A stretch of 64,000 bases of DNA from Takakia lepidozioides (taxonomy: Eukaryota; Plantae; Bryophyta), in contig CM060731.1 in assembly GCA_030704615.1 (NCBI GenBank), forward strand, positions 434,001-498,000, read 5' to 3'. A program made the position numbers and the translations under genes. Positions 23,936-36,500 of this stretch are shown one piece after another. The stretch's first letter is position 1. Each line of letters begins with the position of its first letter. The notes beneath the pieces were generated by a model. The model saw only the letters and a program-made list of their open reading frames with translations. It had not been told where the DNA came from and made no database searches.

Positions 23936-24532
23936 ATGGCTTTTCTGCGGAACGATGAGTTTTTCTACGGGCGCCGAAGCGAACCCGGCTGGATTGTGAA
24001 CAGCTCCAGGGATGTACCCTACTACTACGAGACTCGTGAAGCCCTCCCTCACACCCACCATGTCTCCCCCTACATTACCCATGCGCTGCATAACAGTCAC
24101 TCTCGCCACGTGCTTCCGGTAGTGGAGTTGATGGTGCCCATGTGCTGCGCCAAATGTGAAGAGAAGGTGAAGGAAGAGCTCCTGGAGCTGGAGGGGGTGT
24201 ATGGAGTTGTGTGTGACCAATACACGCAGAAGGTGATTGTCTCTGGACATGTGGATCCTCTGCGTGCACTCAAGAAGGCCAAGCGAGTGAAGAAGAAATC
24301 TCAGTTGTGGCCGAGCCCTGCTTACCGCCATTACGACGGGGAGTACAGTTCATGTGAGAGTCGGGGATACCGGCAGCATGAGCAGACCGACTACAGATCC
24401 TCGCACAGCCGATACACACCTGCATTTGGCCAATCCTACGTGCATTCGTACGGCCCATATTACAGACAAGCCCACAGTCAGTCCATCATCACCAACCCCC
24501 ATTATCTGAAGCACATGGAATCGGAGTACTGA
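23936..24532 (+). CDS. HMA domain protein, copy 3 (198 aa)
   Basis: Near-identical paralog, closest to copy 2 (shared YETREALPHTHHVSPYITH and VELMVP). Confidence 0.9.
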   Translation: MAFLRNDEFFYGRRSEPGWIVNSSRDVPYYYETREALPHTHHVSPYITHALHNSHSRHVLPVVELMVPMCCAKCEEKVKEELLELEGVYGVVCDQYTQKVIVSGHVDPLRALKKAKRVKKKSQLWPSPAYRHYDGEYSSCESRGYRQHEQTDYRSSHSRYTPAFGQSYVHSYGPYYRQAHSQSIITNPHYLKHMESEY

Positions 24533-25812
24533 TGACATTGCGAAGCTCCACCATAGCTACACCAACTGTATAGAGCAGCTCGGTAGATTGATAGCGCGTT
24601 CTTTGCGGCTTACTTGGATGCTCCACATTGGGGCCCGCCTGTAGAGAAGCGAAAAGTAAGCAAGATTTTGATAAAAATAGGAGAAAGCGATGGCGATGTG
24701 TTGGGGTGAATGTGAATGAAGGGAGGATTGGCTCCTTCCCGTGTCAGGACATTGTGTGATACATTCTGTACTGAGGACTGCAAGTTTGGACCATGAATGC
24801 CCGGATTGCATGAATGTCATTGAGTTGCTGGATCAATTCTGCTTCTCAGTCGGAGCTCTCTCCCCAGATTACATACAAATAGATTCATGAACTTGCACGA
24901 GAACATGTAAGAAGTTGCAAATGTATTATTTTAGCGTTGTAACTCATCCCTACCTTTGACCAATAAACAAATGCAGAGAGGAAATGGAGATTGTAAGGTT
25001 TGAACCTGAAAACAAAGTCCATTTGAATGTGATCATATAATGTGCAGGTTAGTCACCCCACTTGGGTCATTTAATAAAGCTATGCAGTTTTTCACTCTTG
25101 AGGAACATCAAGAACATGGCTCGTACACCTGACCAGTGAAAATATGTTGGGATCTAACTATTGGCTTCTCACACACAGCAGATTGATGCTTGTGTGAAGA
25201 GCTTTCCAGAAAACCCCACCTAATTTGACTTCCCTTTCTCTAACATGTGACCTTAAAATTGCAAGAAGAATTTGCTTGTTAGACTTCAGGAAAACTTTGT
25301 AATTGCCTATGCAACCAATTTTGCACCCTGGACACTCGCAACAAATCCGAACATCAAATCCCACACTCAGGGATACAATTTTGATATTTATACCATTTCA
25401 AACACCCGACAGCCAATTCAGAGTTTGACATCTCACCGCTCATAGTACAGAGCAACCCAGGGCCCTAATTATTTATTATTTATTTGTTTTCTGGCTCAAC
25501 CATTATCTAGTTAATACAACATCTGAAAAAGAATAAGAATAATAACCCAGACAAATAGAATATCACGCATGTCACAAAAGAGTAGTGTGTATTGAATAAA
25601 ATGTTCTCTTTAAGCCTGCCGGCCGCCACTGGTGACATAGACAATCACTAAATGGACACTTGCTGACTGCATAATATCTACCTTGCAGCAGAGCCCAAGA
25701 GAAATTCGCTTCCAGGGCCAACTTTCACCCTGATACTCAAGTCCCAATCCTGATTCTGTATCAAAACTCTGTATGTACACATCTCCACTCTGAAATGGCG
25801 TAGGATGGACAA

Positions 25813-28800
25813 CTACGAAAAGGTGCTTGTAATAAGCTTGTCAATGTCAGGCGTGAGGACCAAGCGCTGGCCCACATCTCCAAGAAAGCAGCATTGTTTT
25901 GACGTAGGATTCACAGCTGCTAGTTCTTGAGCAAATACACACTCTGTGCCTGGTAGTGCCTGCCATTTGTTACATAATGCATCAGTCACATCCAAATTTT
26001 ATGACCAACACTACATACATGAATGGTGTGTGACTAGACTTTCACCCTGTGGCATGCGCAGTTCTATATGATGTGACAACCTTGTCAGTGTCGCTATGGA
26101 CTGCAAGCTCATTCACATGTTTCTGAACTGCATTGAAATACTATGGTGTTTGTAAGCTTGAAAAGAATGGAGTCCATCCTGCTACAACAGACAGGGTGCA
26201 AGAATATCACAGAAATGCTCTGGTAAGTTCCGGGAAGTCTTCCTATCCAAGTACACATTGAGACTTATGTCAAATATATGATGACTTGTCCATTGAGGAC
26301 CTGCCTTTCATCAGGAGTCCCTCCTTTTAGATGTTAAATCAAACATTGCAAACACATTTGCCATACTACTTACTTTCAACATGATAATTCAGATACATTT
26401 TCTGTTAAAGCTACATAGAGCATGAAAATGATGATGCAACTGCGTTGGGATCTCTGCATGGCACTTACATCTAGAATGACATCCCCAAGCTGCAACTTGA
26501 TGGCTCCACTTTCATAGACCAAAAGCTTGCCCATGCAGCCTTCTGGCAGCTTCTCCAATTTGATGATACCATCACCAATTCTCCGGCCTTCCTTGCTGCC
26601 TGCATTGCTGCTGGTGGCCCGATCCACATCCACAACACCTTTCGAGAAGGAACTGAGTGGCAGTGAAGTAGGAATCTGGAAAAAGAGAAGCCTGTCACCT
26701 TCTCGCCTTTCCTGCATGAAAATCCATTTATCTCAGACAACACATCTAATCGCCAGTGCAGAGCACAGATTGCAAAACAGCACTCTCACGCCTTTCACAA
26801 GGAGAGTGGCACCAGGGGGAGACCTGGGTACCTTCGTGTTGCTCTAGATTATAGGCGAACTCACATATAGGTCAAGTTCTTCAGCAGGGGCGACTGCATC
26901 CTCATCATGAATCCTGCTTGCTGCCTCCTCTCCAAACTCCTCTTCATCCAACAACTCTGGACACCACCACATGTCATCCTCAGGATTCTCCACCTCCGGT
27001 TCAGTTCCAAGTGAACGGGATAATGCACAGTTCTATCATTTCACATGTGACTTACCAAACACGGGAGTCCTCCTCATGTTATCATAACTGACACCCTCTG
27101 CAGCACCAATGTTGCAACACAATAGTACATAGGCCTTACTGGCTACTGAGTCATTCTAGCTGCCATGGTTCCTCATTCTTCTGAAGATTTCATGAACCGC
27201 TTCGCTAAAATTAGGGATTTTGTGTAATTTTTGCGAGGCAGACCTGAAATTCCAGACATTGGTCTTCGAAGTGGAAGTGTCACAGGGTAATACTTGGAGT
27301 CATCCTGCAACCATATCATAAAGCACTCAGAAGGAAACTGTAAGCCAGATGAATCGTAACACTACAATGACGGAGGTATATTCCATGTCTTCACCAACTA
27401 TAACGTAAGAGAGAACAGCATATCTGAATTGCACCCATTGACTGGTGAGACAGAGATTCAACATACAGCGTACCAGGGGCTCCACTACGTTCTTTGACTT
27501 TCCCAAGTTTGCATCAAAAAACGGGTCACCTGCAATCACCAGCATATAGGCATTGTTCCACCTGAATCATCCAGAAAATAAACATGGTGTTGATATAGCC
27601 TAGCAATGACGACTGATCACAGAGAGACTGACAGTGAGAAAAACAGATAAAGAGGCAACCAAGAGAGCAAAGAAGGGTCTTTCTGAAACACCAGTCCTCT
27701 GGTTCCTGATGACTTCAACAAACTGTGCCAACGTACCATTCCTCACTACCAAGTTACCCTCATGACAGACCGCTCATCAGCCCAATTGGCAGTACTTGGT
27801 TAGGGTATAAACTGAAACATCAAATCAACTACAGTTTTATATACCGGAAAGACTCTATCATAGAAACTGAAAACACTATGTACCTTGCGCAAATGGCTTT
27901 TGGTTGGTTCCACTCCGCCCTCCCCCTCCAGTCCCACCTCCCCCTCCACTACTTTTGTGATTACCAGCACCGGCAAATGCTGCAGCTCGACCAGCAGTAG
28001 CTGACCCATATCCAAATGCAACCCGCGTTTGGCCTGTTTCCAAAATATAACCCTTAGTTTCTTAAGCACAGTGGGGCAAAGAGGGGCTCGTGCCGCCTGA
28101 ACAATCACTCATGAACAAAACTTTCAACCATGTTTCATATTCTGCTTGTGACAGTTGAAGTTAGCTGGTCCAGCTGTTATGAATAAGTGCATAAAAAAAA
28201 GTTGACCGCATGTTAGAGGCAAGACATGTCTTCAGTTTCCGCATAGCGACACAATTGGAAACACAAATAGCACACTTGAATTCACAAATGACTTGCTTTG
28301 ACACCTGTCTCTTTCATTTCACCTGGCCTGAGCCAAATGACCAACAGCAACGAAATTGGATAGGCCAGGCAAACAGGAAATGTACCCTTGCGGTCAGGCC
28401 CAAATCGCCGGCCTTGTGCCCCGGCATCCTCCTGAGATTGCTGTAGACACTTACAAAACTTCTAATGAGTGAAGTATTTTACGGTGGCAAAATAACTACA
28501 CTGAAGAAGGCTATCACAGTTCTGCAATATAGGATATGAAAATAGAAACTCAATGCAAAGCCACCTGTTACATGAAATAGCGAAACAGTCTTCGTTGCCC
28601 TTCTGCCCAACCTTCAATTACCAAAGTTTACTTAGTTTCTCTTTATCATAGATATCTGCAGTCTTTTCTTTCTATCTTGCAATCCATGAATGTCTCCTAG
28701 CTAAACAACTGTCAAGCCGTTTAAGCCTGGAATTCTATGCAAATCACTACAGGTGAGGCAGCTTCACTGGAGGGTAGACATGCTCAGATTGTGGAAAGGA

Positions 28801-29730
28801 AAGAAAGGGCTTAAGGGAAGCCTTCTTGCTGCCTCATACTTGGTGAGGAATGGTGTTGAGTGTAAACACACGTTTGTGCTGGACTCAAATTTTTTAAGTT
28901 TTCAGGGGGCTCTTTCAGTAAGACTTCTCTTAACAGGTCATGCAGATGAACCTTGAGCAGCCTTTGTAGTTCCGCTGGTAACTCCACATGATCACCCTCT
29001 TCTGGCTCCCTGCATGGACACCAACGAGCCTCTCTTAGACCTACCTCTCAATAAGGATATTAGGCCATAAACCCTAAACCCTAAAGTGATGGGTGTGGCA
29101 TAAACTTAGGAGGGCAGCAAATACTGACATATACCTCGCAGGCCTTCAAGACAAATTGACATGCTAAGTAACTGTAAGATACCTAGGCTGTATCTCGTAC
29201 CTCTATGTAAAGCTAACTTGACCAGGCGAAAAAACTTTGTTGGCTCTAAACATCTCAAGCGCACCAATTCATGGTGGTAAGGCCTACAACCTCTTCACTG
29301 CAGATAATTTCTTCACCCGACGAGCAGGAACTTTAGGTTCAAACTTGGTCTGCAAAACCGCAATCTTCAATGAGCATCACCAATGGACTTCACGAATGTT
29401 GGCTTACAAACTACAATCTGCTCCAGTAGAAATTTTCTCACAAGAAGGCAGCTGAATTAGGGAAATGACCCTATATCAAACAGCTTGCAACGAGGCAACT
29501 CTTGTATCCTGCATCCCATACAGATTCCTGGGCACAGAAATCCACAATAAGAGCCGACAATTCCACCATGACTTGTAAAAGCACTAAAAAAAAAGACACA
29601 CAATCGCCGAGAAGAACACCACCTTGCGAACGCCGCCACGAGTGAATTCTTCAGGAGGTGGACCGGTGTCCCCTCCATCGCCATTGCTACCATTCGCTTG
29701 CCCCCCACCTCCTCTCGATGCTTCTGCCAT
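25813..29730 (-). CDS. RPC4: RNA polymerase III subunit RPC4 (C53), multi-exon
   Basis: Exon 1 29730-29623 (MAEASRGG…GVRK) splices in phase to TKFEPKVPARR. Then YYPVTLPLRRP, ELLDEEEFGE, LLFFQIPTSLP, LPEGCMGKLLVYESGAIKLQLGDVILDV, and a last exon ending GTECVFAQELAAVN…LVLTPDIDKL. Confidence 0.9.
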
Positions 29731-30516
29731 AGTGCCTTCCCTACCCGAAAATCTGTGTCGCCTTACTCGGAAGGCCGCGATCTTATAAACTCAAGTGATA
29801 TACCTAAGCATATAAATCTTCGGCTTATATGTTTATCGTCGGCTTCTGGGCCACTGAAGGCTACCTAATTCGGCATAGAAGGCCCTTCAAACTTTAAGAA
29901 GAAAAAAGACGAGAAAAGGAGACGGATATGGTTAGGGAAGAGGTGCAGGAGTCGTGGTTCAAAGCTACAGTCGATGTTGCCCATTATAGTCAACCCAACT
30001 ATAAAACGTGGTTAATTGTTTCTTAGTCTCTAGGTGCCAGTACCTCAAGCCACGTCTGCAACAGTCGTTCCGTGCGGAATGGTAGACCAAGAGTGCTGAA
30101 GTAATTCCCGTATGATTGTGCTGACGACTGCACTGTAATGGAAGCTTGGAGGAGCAGGATCGGTGATGAGGTCTCTCACTGTTCTCATGTCAGGCTATTT
30201 GAGCACAAATCTTTTCAGTTCCAGTTTTTCATTTGCAAAATTTGTACAAAATGTTTAGATTCGGTTCAAGGTGATAGATCCAGCTTCCCGAATCCAAGGA
30301 AGCTGAGGTGTGTTGATGGAGGATGTTGCATCCTGCATTCGAAATGTATTCATTGCTAGAACTTTCTCTTGAGGGACTTACTGGTAGACTGAAGTACTTC
30401 TTAGTATGGCGCGCGCGAGAGAGGCACTAATGACGGGCTATGGATTATTCTAGCAGGAGAAACTACGGAGATTGTGTGAAGAGGTCTAGGCATTTGCTGC
30501 TTTGACATCAGATCCA

Positions 30517-33500
30517 ATGGCGTTGACCAGCTCAAGCACTCTTGACTTCATCAACACCATTTTCCCGACAGGTACGTACCTTGCTGGCTGAACAATCTCC
30601 TCTCCGAAGTCTATGAGGATAAAGAGAATCGTGCTCGTCCCCTTCCTCTCACTCTTTCTCTCTCTTCCCGTTTGTACTTCCTCCAAAACAAGGCGGGGGC
30701 GGACTTGAGAAAGTGTTGCAGTAGATTTCTCCGTCTCACTCTGGTATTCTTTTTTTGTCATTCCCACATAACGGAGGGACACCCTTCTTGTCACTCTCGC
30801 CTCCACCCCGACCCCAAACCTTTGTGTAAATTGAAATCTCGTAAACTTATCCTCCAAACATATATCCATGACTGTAAAAATTTCTTTCCATTTGCAGATA
30901 CTCGCTCTTCCAGATTGTATAATGGTTGCTTGGGTTGAAGAGTGAACTCTAATGATTTTCTTGTTAAAACTGAACTATATCACTGTTGCTGATTACGTGA
31001 AAGTGGTTGCTTACTTATCTAGGACAACGAGTCAGGTTCAGCATCATCAATGATATCAGAATAACATGGGGGTGGCCGGAACAGATTGCCACCTCTGTTG
31101 ATTACTGAATCCAAATCTCTTGACTTGGCTAAGATAAGTTGCCAACAAGTACTAGGTTGGAGTTCTAGTCAACTCTTCTCCCTTTTATCTGTAAAGATGC
31201 AAACATGTGAAGTGTTGAGGTAAATGTCCTGCAGAGGCATCTTTGGTTGCTGTGGACCCCCTCATTCTGAAGCTGCGAAACAAAATTCGACATGTTGATG
31301 CCGAGATATTGGCAGCCATCCGACTGCAGGTGTTACCAACAAATGTTCTCTTTTTCCTTCCTATGCTATGTCACAATCACTGTGCCCAGCATACACCAAA
31401 CCAGGGTAGAAATCAGGATGATCCATGGTTAGAGGCATGAGCAGGACAGGGGAAAGGTGGGAGGGAGAAATGGCAATTAGCCACTATGCAATTCAGAGGT
31501 GACAAAATCTGTTGTTGATGTGGTTCAAGAATTGATCTTTGATTCCTATGGAACCGTCTCAGAGCACGTCAGGGTCAAAAGCCAAGGAGGACCTTTCTGC
31601 CGCCATGAGTGCCATTCAGGTACTCAGGTTACTCTCAATTACGTATGATATTCAAGCAGTCTAGGGCCTTTTTAACTGCTGGGATGTGTAGGGGTGACAA
31701 GAAAGCTTTGAAGTGTAATCTCACTGGAACGCGGCACATTATTTGACGCTAGTTCTGAACTTTCAGAGGAGGAGGCCAGGAAGTGTTGAAGCCTAGGAAA
31801 AAAGTGGAGAGGGGTTGTCCAACATTGTACAAGTAGGTAGGGATGCAATCCTTAATGTCTAATCAACTACTGCACACTCTTTTCCGGCAATTCTGAAGAC
31901 AGGCTCGTAGAAATGCAATTCTTGGCATCGATGTGGGGTCTTTTGGCAGTTTATCTTTTGACTGAATGGAGAAATTTAGCTTAAGGGATACCGAAATCTT
32001 GTACAACTTAATGTAGAAAAGCCAAATCTGTTTACCATCAATGATGTAGATGAAATTTATCTGATGTCAGCGTCACCATGCTCAGGAGTAATTGGAAAAC
32101 CTTTGACAAATGGAGCTCTTGATGTCAGTTGTCACATATCATTGTTTAAACATTCAAGCAAGTTTGTACAATGTAAATGGATTGCATAAATATTTCATCA
32201 TGGATATGGTTAACTGTATTTAGAAAAGGGTATAGCGGAGTTATTGATAGATGGCTGATGGAGTGTGTGGGTTGGCAGGAGCTGACACAGAAGATAAGTG
32301 AGATGAAAGACAAGGCGGTGCAGAGCGAAGTGATGGTACAAGAAATTTGCCGTGACATTAAGAAGCTAGATCTGGCCAAAAAGCACATTACCACCACAAT
32401 CACAGCTCTCCATCGCCTTGCCATGCTAGGTCTATTTTTCCTCCCTACTCATTTGGAATCTCTGCTCTAGAAGCTGCATGTGCATCAAGGTCTGTCTCAT
32501 AATTACTTCATCTGTGCAGCAAAAGAAAAAAGGAAAGAATGAAGTCGGTAAGCCCAAGGATTCATGGGACCAAACAAAGTTTCACAGAGGACACAGAGCA
32601 GAAAGAACGGAACTTCATAACTGCCACAGCAAGCCATGCGATATGGGAATATTCTATATACAGGCACCATTCTTCTGGATATGTGGACATCTAAGTTTCA
32701 GTAACTACAATGAAGTTTCACCTAATGGTACCACTGGGTCTGGTTATGGATGGATATAGTGTCTGCTGTGGAACAGTTACAAACCATGGCTGCCAAGCGC
32801 CAGTACAAGGAGGCGGCTGGCCAGCTAGAGGTCGATTTCTGATTTCTTTCTATTTCCATGTGATTATCTTGCAAATGCATGGGTACATATTTTGATGCAT
32901 TTGTTACTATAATTCTCAGCACTCAGCTCCTGGAATCAAACCATGTCCATTTGCAACTTCTTTTGAGTTTTCAGTGCAGGTTGGCCAGGGTTTTCATGAG
33001 CTGAGTATTGAAACCCGGATCCCATTTGTAGGCGAAAATTTTTTACAGGCTTTGGGAAGTGGATTTGTCTCTTAATGAAACTATGTAGTATGAATGTGGT
33101 TTGGTGGCCACCATATGGCTTGTAAGAGTACAGATCTAGAGAGGCCATGAAGAAATGAAATGGTACTTTATCACGTCTGAGCTTATGTCACTAGAAAGAT
33201 AGGAGTGTACCCAGTTGGCGGAACAAAAGGGACCAAAAACTACCTTTGTGAGGGGCTCGCTCTGGTAGTGTGACTTACCTTACGGAAAAAGAAGAGTCTA
33301 GAGGCTATATAGCATCCACTGGAAGTCTCATGAGCTTTCTGCGAGTGAGGGTTTGAATGGTGGCACGGTAATATGTGCGCAGGCAGTAAGTCAACTGTGC
33401 AGCCATTTTGAGGCGTACACTGATATCTCCAGGATTACGGAGCTAAGAGAGAAGTTCAAGGGGATCAAGGAAATGTTGAAATCTCATGTCTTCTCTGATT

Positions 33501-36500
33501 TCTCTAGGTATGTTCTGCAAGCCTTCTCTATTACTGTTAACTGTGAAAAGTCCCTTGTTGCAACTGGTAATGTGGCTTTCAATCTGTTTCTATCTGTCTT
33601 CCCTGCTGAAGTGTTGAAGGCCATGTTGGCAAAGGAACAAAACAAAGTTAGGCAATAGAACTTCAACTTATTTCCAGTTTGTGACATGGGTGAGGACCTC
33701 AAGGATGATCTGAAGGGCCTACCTACTGTTGGCACCAGACTATTGAACTCAGGGCGGGGAGTCTACCTTTGAACAATAAACAGATGCAGAGAGGAAAGGG
33801 AGATTGTTAATGCCCAGTGTGCAGGTGGCCTGAAGACTATCCATTTTCTGATTCAGTGTCCGAGGTATTCTCATCAGAGAGTGACCCTCTTCAGGACCAT
33901 CAAGAACATAGGCCCTGCAGCTGTGTTCACCAACTTTCAAATTCTTGAGGCTGAGCCTAAAGCCCTGGCTGTTGGGGTCTAATTGCTGGGCAACTCATAC
34001 ACAGCAGATCGATGCTTGTGTGAAGGGATTCCTAGAGGAAATCTGGAAAGCCCAACCAATTGTATACCAAGGTAAGTCCCCTTACGGAGGGAGCCCCTCA
34101 CAAAGGTAGTGTCTGTTCCCTCTTGTTCTGCCCAAACTGGGCGTGGGGTCGATGGCCACAAGGCTATGACAAACAACGACTTATGAGTACATTCTATCTG
34201 TCTTCCCTTGCTCTAAACCATCCACTGATGAGCTAGGAGAGAGGGGTACTGGGGCAGCCTAGGAACGGCAGGGCTGAATGAAGACGGTCAACAGATGCAG
34301 CAGCTTGCGGATGCCTGCTTGGTCATTAACGGTCTTGACCCCTCAGTAAAAGAAGAGCTCATCCGCAATGTTTGCAGCAAGGAGCTCACTGCATATCAAC
34401 AGATTTTTCAGGGAACAGGTGATTCATTGGGTGTAATATTCATGACGTCTCTTTTGGTCATTTGTTCCACCTTCCGTTCATGCCTTTTTACCTTCTATCT
34501 TTTCTTTCCTTTCTTGTCAGATGCAAGGAGGGTTCTTGATTATCTGTTAGCAGGTTTACCTCCGGTGCATCATCTTGTTTTGTGTTGGCAGATGGACTGA
34601 CAATGTATATCTCCAAAGAAATCCTTCTTATTGGTGTTACTTGGACACATACTTGGGGTCTGAAAGATGTGGTTACTAGGCCCATGGGACCAAATGAGAA
34701 TTCTAAGATTGCAATGTCGTCTGTTGTTTGTAATGACACAGAGGTGGCAAAATTGGACAAGACAGAACGAAGGTATGCGTGGATAAAGCGACAATTACGA
34801 GCCAATGAAGAAGTTTGGTCCATTTTCCCACAAAGTTGGCTTGTGGCTCACACACTCTGTATACAATTTTGCAAAGTGACAAGGTAGGCCAAATACCTTG
34901 TGGAGTCTTATGTCATTTTGTGGGTCTTTTTCCTGAACTGTAGGGAGACACGGTCAGAGAACAGGAAACGACTGATAGTTTGACTGCTTGCTTTGCTTAT
35001 TGTCGCAGCATATCGAAGCAGCCTATTTTTCTGCAATAGTGACATTGTGTAAATAGTCTATAGAGGTCTCTGCTTGAAATATGAGGGTGAACTTGGGTTG
35101 GTATTGCAGGGCACAGTTGATGGAAATTTTGGATACAGCACAACCAAAGCCTGATGTAGCAACTCTGCTCCAGGTGAATTCAGAATTCGAGTAGATTTGA
35201 ATCCCTGTGGTTCCCAGATATACCATAGTTCAAAGCCTGCAATGATATTTATGGATGTGGTTCAGTGTGAACTTAAGTACAATCGTAGAGCAAATATGAC
35301 TGCCTCCAGTTCAGGTACCAGATTTACTAGATAGTACTTCGTAAGTATTGTGACAAGGGGATTCTGCCACCTTGGATGACGGTCATATCTCACTCTTTCC
35401 ACAGTGTGGCTGTTACATTATCTGATTCAGCTCACATTCAAAGTTCTGACTAGGATCTAGTTCCTTTTGAGAGTGACTCTGTGCCTAAACAGAGTGTGTA
35501 AATTTACCGGAACGAAAGCTGGTTCACATTGGGTTCATGAGTATGGTGATAATTTGAGGATAGTGGATGCAGGCAAACTAATGGGTGTGTTACTCAGGAA
35601 ATCATGGAATGAATCCTTCCCTACTTGCAGGCGCTGCAACGTACTCTCGAGTTCGAGGATGAGCTAGCTGAGAGGTTTGGTGGGGGTGAGAGTGCCAAGA
35701 AGATGGAAGAAGAAAGCGATGATGAAGGCTTTGATGCAACAGATGGAGAGCTTACAGCCGCAGCAATTCGCAAAAAATATCAGAAGCAATTTAAATTGGT
35801 ATGCACTTCTTACTTCCTATTTCCTTCTGTTGTCTTCAGTCCTCTTCAATCATAGAGAGTGGTTCTTGAGTAAATTTCTATTTTTCTGCACAATGCTGCC
35901 CGAGTCTGTGCTGTGATGCCTCGGTTGACAAGTTTTGTGATCTGGTATGCCTACAGCAAAGTGAAGGAGAGAAGGCCAAACAGGACACTGTCAATGCCAG
36001 GGTGAATTCCAACGCTGTTTGGGATCTGTGTTATGATTGCAGTGTGTTCTGGTTCTCTTTGGCAGGCTAATGTCTGTCTATAGTCAAAGACGTGTCTCAT
36101 CCAATATTCTTTAACACTTTGAAACTCTTTTGGGGTCTTTCGGGCAACTGTCTGTAAATAGTTGCATAGTTTTCAACCATCTATTGCTCAGGATTGTTCA
36201 GTCCAGAAAAATCCACCAATTTGCACATGAGAAAGTTACAGCAGAAATTTTATATGAAATGTTGAACTGACGCACTTATTGGGAGTTCTCTTTTTCATGT
36301 GACATCTTTTTTTTGCAGTAAATCTCTTGGTGTGTCTCTGCTTGTCCCTGTTTCCTTCTATTTTACATATTTAGTGAGTGACCTTTATATGTGATATAGT
36401 CATTATGTGTTTTCTTGTTGAGAGAAATTAAACATGGTGACATGCCAGTTTACGTTAAAAAATTGCTCAGCTGTTTTGTTCATCTCTGCAGGTGCAATAT

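Larger units (their letters stand above)
16372..25217. repeat. Large imperfect inverted repeat with arms ~16372-18420 and ~23060-25217, each carrying an HMA gene with its flanks
   Basis: Upstream and downstream flanks of copies 2 and 3 are reverse complements (e.g. 16432-16500 vs 25095-25160), with indels. Confidence 0.8.

Noticed and set aside
34180-34240. Hammerhead ribozyme at LINE ends (CTTATGAG, CTGATGAG)
   Set aside because: No downstream GAAA core or supporting stems.
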